From UHGV virus genome UHGV-0455966: a stretch of 41,149 bases of DNA; one strand, written 5' to 3'. The notes under the pieces were generated by a model, which saw nothing but the letters and a program-made list of their open reading frames with translations, was not told the DNA's origin and ran no database searches. Every line of letters starts with the position of its first letter. The first letter of the stretch is position 1. Positions 16,411-23,805 of the stretch are shown here, in pieces. The translations under genes and the position numbers were made by a program. Source of the DNA: a virus.

Positions 16411-18596
16411 GAAACTTCCCCATTGGTTGAAAATATGGCTCCTCCAACGCCAAGTGTATTTCGTGTTGTGCTCAACCTCAGAGGGCTGGAGTCAGAATTA
16501 GAATATCCTGTAGCAGAAATAAAAGATCCTCCACTAATAGTCAACTGCGGAACATCGGCTATATCTGAATAAGTTCTGTCAGCAACAGTATTATTTATAG
16601 CCACATATGATCCAAAAAAACTTCTTATTGTTTGGTTTTTAACTTTACTTCCTTCAATGGTTATCCTACTACCACAGTCGGCAATAAATCCTGAATCTGC
16701 ATCCAGCGTTGCATTCATAAAAGAAGCTTCAGATCTCTCTACATCAATCCATCTAATATCTTTTGTGGGATTTGCACCAAATACATGACAAATATTAGAG
16801 TTAAACCTTACACCATCTTGGAGGTGCATTAATTTTTTTATATCTGTACCCCATAGCCTTGGAAAATTAACAGATGCTCCTGCATGGCAATCAAATCCCA
16901 GCTCAGCCCCTGAGATATCTACAGCCTTTCCTGAAATAACAGCACCAGTGTCTGCATTAACGGCTGTTCCACAATTGCGCATATCATTACCAGCAACATC
17001 AACGCAACCCGCACCATCAATACGCACACCAAGTGCACATCCATAAAAACCTTTTTCAATATTTGGTTCAAGGACTTTACCACTTGTTTCTGCATCACTT
17101 TCTTCAACGTCATGTCGTCTTGCATCAACATATGCTGTATGAATGCAGGTTAATCCACGATATGAGCAATGTATAGTTTTATGGTCGCGTATATTAACAT
17201 TTGAACCATCTCTTACATTCCATCCTATATAACAATAGCTTGCACTTGACCCCTGAAAATCTGCTTTAACATTATAAATACAATTAACTGACGCAACCGT
17301 ACTCTCTGTGCACCGTTCAAACTTGCTTACAGGCATTGATGCCTTGACATTATTTACCAGTTGCAGGGAAGAGTATCTGCTATAAGAAAAATCACATACG
17401 TAATATCCTTCTGGCATATATGCAGCAACACTTTCCTCATCAGGAGCACATCCGGTATGATATGCACTAATTTTTGCACCAAAACTACCATGAATTCCAA
17501 CGTAGAACTTTCGAGCACCTGAATACGGATAGAAATTAAGTTCAGCTTTTTGAGTTACAATAAATGCACAAACATCGCTATCATCTCTATTTTCTTCGAT
17601 CTGAATAGCAAATACAGGACTTTTTGCTGCATCGCAAATGTAAAATAAATACTTGTATTCGTAATACGTTCTAACGATTTTAGTAAACAAACGAGTGTCA
17701 GAGAAAACCACTGAGTCTTCTGATGTTATTTTAATCCAAGACAAATCAACACCTGAACTGAATTCAATTTGATAGTTGATAATATGCCCGGTCTTAATTC
17801 TTATTTCGCAGAAAGCATTACCACCATCCCACATAGGTCTCATTGACTGGGCTGCAATGATTGCATCTTTGAGTGTAGGGTAATCACCCCATTCGCCAAC
17901 AGTAATAACAAAAGTATAATATGAGTTAAAAACAGCGGCATTTTTGCCTTTGGATATCAACTCCTTAATCATAAAAATATTATCTTCGTAATCACAAGGA
18001 GAAATTATATCCCTCATTTTGCTTTGAAATGTTCGTTGTCTTGCCCCGCTTCCTGACGGTATAAACCAACCAAAACCACCAACAACCCCGGCGATTGCAG
18101 CATCGACATAATTACGCATTGAGCGATTATTTACAGCGTCCTGCTCAAATGATGGATCTGCAAGGTTAGAAATTTTGTTTTGCTTTGCATCGTAATATTT
18201 TGCAAGCAAAGATGGTTTCATCAATGCACGTCTGAACCACCCAAAACATTGCTGGATCAGCATCGTCAGGTAGTCAAAGGCATCTTCATGCACTTCGGGG
18301 AAAAATTTTCCCTGATTGCGAAGGTCTGTCTCCTGCACTACATCAAGCACACGATCTATCGTAATTCGCCATCCAGTAGCAAGCGGAGACGGAAGAACCA
18401 CAGAACCGCCACTATAAGTGCCCGCCCCAGTTACCGTATAACCGGTATCCAGAACCAATTCTGTTACGTTTCCGTTCAGGTCAGACACCTGAACAACCAG
18501 GTCTGATTTTCTGAAAACTCGAAAAGTATACGGAAACGATGTCGTAACGCCGTTACCGGTGTATTCGTTGTGGTCAACTTCGGTTGAGACCGTCAT
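16407..18596 (-). CDS. tail fibre / tailspike with T7 gp17-like N-terminal adaptor domain
   Basis: N-terminal ~110 aa resemble T7 gp17 N-terminus by eye; long AT-rich C-terminal region typical of exchangeable receptor-binding or enzymatic domains. Confidence 0.7.
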   Translation of the reverse strand: MTVSTEVDHNEYTGNGVTTSFPYTFRVFRKSDLVVQVSDLNGNVTELVLDTGYTVTGAGTYSGGSVVLPSPLATGWRITIDRVLDVVQETDLRNQGKFFPEVHEDAFDYLTMLIQQCFGWFRRALMKPSLLAKYYDAKQNKISNLADPSFEQDAVNNRSMRNYVDAAIAGVVGGFGWFIPSGSGARQRTFQSKMRDIISPCDYEDNIFMIKELISKGKNAAVFNSYYTFVITVGEWGDYPTLKDAIIAAQSMRPMWDGGNAFCEIRIKTGHIINYQIEFSSGVDLSWIKITSEDSVVFSDTRLFTKIVRTYYEYKYLFYICDAAKSPVFAIQIEENRDDSDVCAFIVTQKAELNFYPYSGARKFYVGIHGSFGAKISAYHTGCAPDEESVAAYMPEGYYVCDFSYSRYSSLQLVNNVKASMPVSKFERCTESTVASVNCIYNVKADFQGSSASYCYIGWNVRDGSNVNIRDHKTIHCSYRGLTCIHTAYVDARRHDVEESDAETSGKVLEPNIEKGFYGCALGVRIDGAGCVDVAGNDMRNCGTAVNADTGAVISGKAVDISGAELGFDCHAGASVNFPRLWGTDIKKLMHLQDGVRFNSNICHVFGANPTKDIRWIDVERSEASFMNATLDADSGFIADCGSRITIEGSKVKNQTIRSFFGSYVAINNTVADRTYSDIADVPQLTISGGSFISATGYSNSDSSPLRLSTTRNTLGVGGAIFSTNGEVS

Positions 18597-18700
18597 GTTA
18601 AATCTCCAGATAGTCGCAGCACCCGTTGCGCCGCATATCTGGTTATTCTATTACCTGGAAAACCACATATGGATAGAAAGGCTGTAAATACGAATAGATA

Positions 18701-18715
18701 TTACCTTTCAGGTAA
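18701..18715. promoter_or_regulatory. palindrome TTACC-tttca-GGTAA
   Basis: Perfect 15-mer, identical to the site at 39249-39263; AACCACATA box ~32 bp upstream. Confidence 0.6.
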
Positions 18716-18752
18716 TTTGCAAAACGTGCTGGATAGCAAACAAATTATTTGC

Positions 18753-18772
18753 TACTGTATAAATATACAGTT
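18753..18772 (+). promoter_or_regulatory. LexA (SOS) box over the -10 region of the small antirepressor-like gene
   Basis: TACTGTATAAATATACAGTT = CTGT-N8-ACAG, matching the E. coli LexA consensus TACTGTATATATATACAGTA at 18 of 20 positions; 20 bp upstream of ATG 18792. Confidence 0.7.
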
Positions 18773-18791
18773 ATTGCATGGAGAAGATAAG

Positions 18792-19049
18792 ATGCAGCAG
18801 TATCACTATCCACTGGAAGACGGATTTACCGAAAGGATTCACACGCCGGGAGGCGTCAGGTCACTGGTGGAGGGATCGCACTTGATGAAATTACTCCGGG
18901 ATCTCGATAAGGATGGATTTAATGTCGATGGCCCACTTGCCGAACTGACTGCACTGATTAACTACGTCACCAGCTCACAGATGTCTATGCAGGATCTGCA
19001 AACACATCTCGACTATTGTGCCGAACAATTACGAAAACAAACCCGGTAA
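18792..19049 (+). CDS. small antirepressor-like protein (SOS-controlled candidate)
   Basis: GGAGAAG RBS; C-terminal LMKLLRDLDKDGFNVDGPLAELTALINYV...LQTHLDY matches the C-terminus of the BRO-N antirepressor at 20435-21130. Confidence 0.55.
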   Translation: MQQYHYPLEDGFTERIHTPGGVRSLVEGSHLMKLLRDLDKDGFNVDGPLAELTALINYVTSSQMSMQDLQTHLDYCAEQLRKQTR

Positions 19050-19073
19050 ATTTAAAGGCCGCAAGAGCGGCCA

Positions 19074-19580
19074 TTAACAGTCGTAAAATTCCGGGTCCCA
19101 CAAACTTGCATCGCGCGGCATGGATTCTAAATTTTTCAGCCGCAAAATTCTGTCACACTCGACAAGAAGTTTTTGTTTTTGTTCGTCAATTTCTACTTTT
19201 TTGTGTGCTGGCTCATCCCAGTAATCCAGAAGAAACGCATGTCGCTCAGACGTTACAAGATAAATCACATACACATCACTGGTTGGTATTTTTTTATGCT
19301 TGTTGGTGGTCTTGTCTTTCTTCCCGGATGCCCAGTTTTTCCAGCATTGTTCCGTACCGCTCTCACCAAACTTGTCAGTATAGTTTCCGATGTTTACGTG
19401 AACGTGGCGTATGTGATATTCCAGCATCTCTTTCGGTGGATCCCGAAACAGAGTGTCCTTTCCGAAATCCTTATGATGACCGTAGCGCCAGTGATCTATG
19501 AACGCGTTTTTGATAGGTATTAGCTCAGGGTCCTTCCCAAAAATTCCAGGGTGAACCAACCCCTGGAATTTATTCAGCAT
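19074..19580 (-). CDS. hypothetical basic protein, toxin-like candidate
   Basis: His-rich HIRHVHVN motif and Lys-rich centre; second gene of a two-gene cassette overlapping the upstream gene by 11 nt. Confidence 0.45.
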   Translation of the reverse strand: MLNKFQGLVHPGIFGKDPELIPIKNAFIDHWRYGHHKDFGKDTLFRDPPKEMLEYHIRHVHVNIGNYTDKFGESGTEQCWKNWASGKKDKTTNKHKKIPTSDVYVIYLVTSERHAFLLDYWDEPAHKKVEIDEQKQKLLVECDRILRLKNLESMPRDASLWDPEFYDC

Positions 19581-19989
19581 CGTCGTAGAGCTCCTGAGCC
19601 ATATCTTCGGCAGTGCGTGCAAACATCCTGCGCGAGATTGCATGAGATTTCTCGACGGACATCTTTGGGACCTCATGCATAACATTTTTGGGAGTTGTGT
19701 AATAGCCTATTACAATTTTCACACCTGACTTATGATTAATATCAGCATAATATACTTCTTGTTCAGACGTTTCACGACGAACATAATCTGCCAGTTTTCC
19801 ACATTTAAATTCCCCTCCCTGATGTTTTAAAATCTCCTCAACTGCACTATTTTCAGTGAAATACCGAATAAGAAATTTCTGTCCAGACTCTTCAGCATGA
19901 GGTATAACAGTATTATTGGAAGCCCGAACAATGGCCTTACTCAATATTTCATGGTCTTTATTTTTTTCTGATTTCCTCAAATGCTGCAT
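19570..19989 (-). CDS. hypothetical protein, first gene of the cassette (antitoxin-like candidate)
   Basis: ATG at 19989 with GAGAG RBS; acidic C-terminal tail AEDMAQELYDDAE. Confidence 0.4.
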   Translation of the reverse strand: MQHLRKSEKNKDHEILSKAIVRASNNTVIPHAEESGQKFLIRYFTENSAVEEILKHQGGEFKCGKLADYVRRETSEQEVYYADINHKSGVKIVIGYYTTPKNVMHEVPKMSVEKSHAISRRMFARTAEDMAQELYDDAE

Positions 19990-20150
19990 TACTGTAGCTC
20001 TCTTCGTGTTCACGGGCACCCCCAACTACCTCTAGGGTAAACATTCTATCGAAAGTATACGCATACTGGCAAAAAAATAGGCAGGTATTTTCTGAAATGG
20101 GATCAATCAAACCACATAGGGTTGAAATAACGTGAGTTATGCATTTATTA

Positions 20151-20165
20151 TTACCTTTGCGGTAA
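20151..20165. promoter_or_regulatory. palindrome TTACC-tttgc-GGTAA
   Basis: Perfect 15-mer; AACCACATA box at 20110-20118. Confidence 0.6.
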
Positions 20166-20169
20166 ATTT

Positions 20170-20277
20170 ACATCGCACTCCTCTTGTGCCATAGTAATCG
20201 GGCACTGGAAAAATCCAGTGCCGGGATTGGCGTCCCGGATTACTAAAAGGCGCATTCACCGCGCAAGCGGTTTTTTT
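20170..20277 (+). ncRNA. candidate small structured RNA / structured leader upstream of antirepressor
   Basis: Y-shaped fold: outer stem AGTAATC/GATTACT (20193-20244) enclosing hairpins GGCACTGG/CCAGTGCC and GGGA/TCCC; then CCGC-gcaa-GCGG + T7 terminator (20257-20277). Confidence 0.35.
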
Positions 20278-20434
20278 ATGCGTATAGCACGGCCACATTC
20301 GTATTATGGTGGGCTGTGTGGGGGCACCGAAAGGTGCGCCGGGTCCTTTTAGCCGGTTACGCCAACCCTGCACAGTTCACCACCAACCGATTGGCGTCGG
20401 TAGTGGTGATTAACCAGACTAAAAGGTAACCACT

Positions 20435-21130
20435 ATGACAGCTACAAAAAGCACGTCCATTTTTTCTTTCGAATCCCAAGCCGATATACGGGTAATCGTC
20501 ATTAATGGTGAGCCATGGTTTATCGCTTCAGATGTTTGTCGGGCTATAGGCATAGCAAATCATCGAGATGCTGTTCGAAAACTTGATGATGATGAGAAGG
20601 GCGTCGCTTCAACCGACACCCCTGGCGGTGAGCAAGAATCGATCATCATCTCCGAGTCAGGCCTCTACACACTGATCCTCCGCTGCCGCGACGCAGTGAC
20701 ACCAGGCACTATCCCCTACCGCTTTCGTAAATGGGTTACAGGTGAGGTTCTTCCTCAGATCCGCCGCACCGGAAGTTACATTAAAAACTCGCTCCCGCAG
20801 GAAGAACGCATAAAGATGGTTGCCGACCAGGTAGCCAACGCCACAGCATCAGCAGTGATGCAGGCAATGAAGATAGAGAACAAAACCTACAGTGCCCCAC
20901 TGAAGCCCGGCTACCGCAGCCTGATTCATTCGCCGTCTGGTGTTCTCGGCCTGACGGAGAACTCACTGCTGATGAATCTGCTGAACCAGTTACAGGAAGA
21001 CGGGCACGACGTATCGGGCGCGGCGGCGGAGCTGACCACCATGTTCTGCTACATCGTCGGTGTGAGCAAATGCCTGCGTGATATCCAGACCCACGCGGAG
21101 TACATCAACGACAAGGCAGGGTTCTTCTGA
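20435..21130 (+). CDS. BRO-N-domain antirepressor
   Basis: N-terminal FESQADIRVIVINGEPWFIASDVCRAIGIANHRDAVRKL typical of Bro-N/Ant proteins; C-terminal domain shared with 18792-19049. Confidence 0.7.
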   Translation: MTATKSTSIFSFESQADIRVIVINGEPWFIASDVCRAIGIANHRDAVRKLDDDEKGVASTDTPGGEQESIIISESGLYTLILRCRDAVTPGTIPYRFRKWVTGEVLPQIRRTGSYIKNSLPQEERIKMVADQVANATASAVMQAMKIENKTYSAPLKPGYRSLIHSPSGVLGLTENSLLMNLLNQLQEDGHDVSGAAAELTTMFCYIVGVSKCLRDIQTHAEYINDKAGFF

Positions 21131-21201
21131 CGGGCGGCGGCACAGGGATGTGCCTTTAAATAATTCTGTACGATTGCAGACTGGGGGTGAATAGCGTACT
21201 A

Positions 21202-21216
21202 TTACCTTAAAGGTAA
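21202..21216. promoter_or_regulatory. palindrome TTACC-ttaaa-GGTAA
   Basis: Perfect 15-mer about 27 bp upstream of ATG 21243. Confidence 0.6.
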
Positions 21217-21242
21217 ACCATGTGTTTACATGAGGAGGAGAT

Positions 21243-21452
21243 ATGGGATTTTGGTTCGCTCGTACAAAAACGAGGGATAATGCACCCAGCCCTCAGGCAA
21301 AAAATGCAGAAGTTCCGGCGTCAGCGCAGGTTAACAAGCGTGGTGGTGTGTATATCTCATCACAGCAAATTTCTGAGCTTCCTGAGGTTAAGGAGATGCG
21401 TCGTCTCGCTGCTGCAATCGTTAAACAGGATCTTGCCACTGTAAGGAAATAG
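21243..21452 (+). CDS. hypothetical small protein, first gene of accessory operon
   Basis: GAGGAGGAG RBS; normal GC; TAG stop overlaps GTG start of next gene. Confidence 0.5.
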   Translation: MGFWFARTKTRDNAPSPQAKNAEVPASAQVNKRGGVYISSQQISELPEVKEMRRLAAAIVKQDLATVRK

Positions 21453-22315
21453 TGTTGTTAGCTCTTCTAATTATCCCCATTCTGGTTAGTGGTTATATTA
21501 TGATAACCGCTAACCAGTATCATTATTTCCGTTTATACCGACATGAAGGCCAGCTTCTTTATATGAAAGTTGCTGCATTAGGTACATATTGCCTTGTTGC
21601 TTCGGTAATAATTGCCGCATTTATAAAATATAAATATCCTGATTTTCACCTAGTTCACGATATGGTGGAAACTTTTAATGTAACGTCAAAACCAGAAACA
21701 GATAGAATTTACATGTGGCTACTTCTTCTGTCAGTCACATCAATTTGCTTCTCTTTGTGTTATGTATCTTTTGTTTGGCTAAAAGATCTTCTTTTAGGTT
21801 GTTTTTATAAACGTGATATTTATGACAAAATATCAGAGGCAATGAAAGCTAGGGTATTGCGAAAAACGTACTCCCAGGGTTCTTTAGATTTGCTATTGCT
21901 TGATGCAATCGAATCAGATCCTAAGAAACCAATGTTAATTACTTTATCATCAAATAAAGTATACGTTGGAATAATAAATGGTTCTGGTGAGCCAACGGAA
22001 AATCAAGGGCCACACCAACACATATCTTTTGTTCCTTTAATGTCAGGGTACAGAAACAAAGAAAATTTATCTGTTACATTTACAAACGCTTACCCAGGTG
22101 AAATCCAAATTAAGCGCAGTGCTGCGATAAAAGGGATAAGCAAAAAGAAAGTTCAAGGTCTAGAAATTATGGTATCTATAGACGAAATAAGTCATATATC
22201 ATGGTTTGACTTTGAAGTATATAAGGCAACAAATAACAAAGTAGAAACAAAGGGTCATGTTGTTAATGTGACCAAAAATGGTCGCAACATATACTACAGA
22301 AGTGGCAGAAAATAA
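21452..22315 (+). CDS. AT-rich membrane protein (3 N-terminal TM helices + soluble C-domain), unknown function
   Basis: GTG start with AAGGA RBS; hydrophobic segments LLALLIIPILVSGYIMI, VAALGTYCLVASVIIAAFI, MWLLLLSVTSICFSLCYVSFVWL; sharp drop in GC at gene start. Confidence 0.6.
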   Translation: MLLALLIIPILVSGYIMITANQYHYFRLYRHEGQLLYMKVAALGTYCLVASVIIAAFIKYKYPDFHLVHDMVETFNVTSKPETDRIYMWLLLLSVTSICFSLCYVSFVWLKDLLLGCFYKRDIYDKISEAMKARVLRKTYSQGSLDLLLLDAIESDPKKPMLITLSSNKVYVGIINGSGEPTENQGPHQHISFVPLMSGYRNKENLSVTFTNAYPGEIQIKRSAAIKGISKKKVQGLEIMVSIDEISHISWFDFEVYKATNNKVETKGHVVNVTKNGRNIYYRSGRK

Positions 22316-22331
22316 ATTTTACGCAGTTTAG

Positions 22332-22844
22332 GTGGCTTATATGGATAATACTATCTTAGGCGCATTGATAGGTGCAGTTATTGCTATAGTTTCCACTTAT
22401 ATAAATGCAGGACAAGGATACAAAAACAGCATAAGATTAGAGCGACAAAAAATATTAAGGGATAAACGCGAGCAATTATTTATAAATTGTATACTTACTA
22501 AAAAAGTCATAGATTCAAGCACAATTACCATTCTCAATTTCGTAAAAAATGCCAGATACCACTCTGATAGTAAATTTGACGTATCAAGAGCGAATCCGTT
22601 GCAAACGATGGAAATGCTAATAAACATATACCTTCCTGAGTATAAAAAAGACTTACAAGAACTCAATAATGCGTATCAAGAATTTCACAAATACTACTCT
22701 CAATATACATGTGCACATACCTTCAAAAATATGCCTGATAATGAGAAGTCGAGGTTTATTGAGGAGGCTGATTTTTATGCAAAAAAGATATATGGCAAAC
22801 TTAATGATATTAAGGACAAGATATCATTAAACTCAATAGTATAA
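22332..22844 (+). CDS. AT-rich single-pass membrane protein, unknown function
   Basis: N-terminal TM ILGALIGAVIAIVSTYI then helical soluble domain; 16 bp after upstream gene. Confidence 0.6.
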   Translation: MAYMDNTILGALIGAVIAIVSTYINAGQGYKNSIRLERQKILRDKREQLFINCILTKKVIDSSTITILNFVKNARYHSDSKFDVSRANPLQTMEMLINIYLPEYKKDLQELNNAYQEFHKYYSQYTCAHTFKNMPDNEKSRFIEEADFYAKKIYGKLNDIKDKISLNSIV

Positions 22845-22925
22845 CAGCGATACTGCTGCTGACGGCTCCCGCTGCGGTGGGCGTTCTGCGGATTCCCGCC
22901 CAGGCGGCGGTGGCATTCGTTAAAA

Positions 22926-22952
22926 ACAAGGCCGCGAAAGCGGCCTGTTTGA
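22926..22952 (-). terminator. intrinsic terminator between convergent accessory genes
   Basis: GGCCGC-gaaa-GCGGCC; minus strand followed by UUGUUUUUAA. Confidence 0.55.
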
Positions 22953-23804
22953 TCACTGTGCAGTTTTCGCTGATCGATTTTCAGCTCTAAATTCAAGAAC
23001 CGTTTCAATATTTCTTTCCTTCAGCATATCAATAACATTTTTATTCATTTGACTATCACTGGTTAATAACTGGTAAACGTTGCTTCTCTCTTTATCAGAG
23101 TTTTCTTTAACAGCTGCTTTGCATGCCAAATGCTTATTGAAATTTTCTACATCGCTAGTACAGGAATTTACGGCTGCTGATGAAATATCAGACGCTGAAG
23201 AAACACCATCATCCAAACGTTTTATAGCATTTTCTATACATGAGTTAAGGGAATAAACGACAACTGAGCGATACCCTTCAGACGCACACCATTCTAAATT
23301 TCTTGAAGGATCGAGTGGTTTTACTTCGCTGGATTGAATTAACTTGTCAAAAACTGACTTATATTCAATCTGTTTTTTATCTATAGCCCATACTTCAGTA
23401 GCTGATTTATAATTCCCCGTATGCCTATTAACATCAAATCCATGTTTTATAAGCAAATCTGCCCATGAAAGATTTATTGATTCATTGTTATGAGGCCATT
23501 TTCCTGTCAGAACCGCCCCCATAGACCCCATATATCCGCCATATGATGGTATAGCACCATGGCTCAGTAACTTCTCAGCAACCACAGGGCAATTAATTAC
23601 ATAAGAGGCGTAAAGCCCATTCCATAAAGCCCCTCTATAGTAATCGCCACGATTAGGTTCTTTTAAGTCGATAGCCTTTGATAATTGTTCACACGTTTTG
23701 CATGCATCAAAGTTATCCTTATTGCATTGCAATGAACTGGCAGCTGTAGGATTTACAGAGACTATTGAAAGCACTATGCCAAAAAACAAATTTATTTTTT
23801 TCAT
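22953..23804 (-). CDS. AT-rich secreted Cys-containing protein, unknown function
   Basis: Signal-peptide-like MKKINLFFGIVLSIVSVNPTAASS; multiple Cys; start 1 nt after stop of upstream virion gene. Confidence 0.6.
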   Translation of the reverse strand: MKKINLFFGIVLSIVSVNPTAASSLQCNKDNFDACKTCEQLSKAIDLKEPNRGDYYRGALWNGLYASYVINCPVVAEKLLSHGAIPSYGGYMGSMGAVLTGKWPHNNESINLSWADLLIKHGFDVNRHTGNYKSATEVWAIDKKQIEYKSVFDKLIQSSEVKPLDPSRNLEWCASEGYRSVVVYSLNSCIENAIKRLDDGVSSASDISSAAVNSCTSDVENFNKHLACKAAVKENSDKERSNVYQLLTSDSQMNKNVIDMLKERNIETVLEFRAENRSAKTAQ

Positions 23805-23805
23805 C

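Noticed and set aside
20166-20434. Retron msr/msd-like structured region
   Set aside because: No reverse transcriptase ORF anywhere in the window and no conserved retron motifs; kept only as a candidate regulatory RNA or leader.
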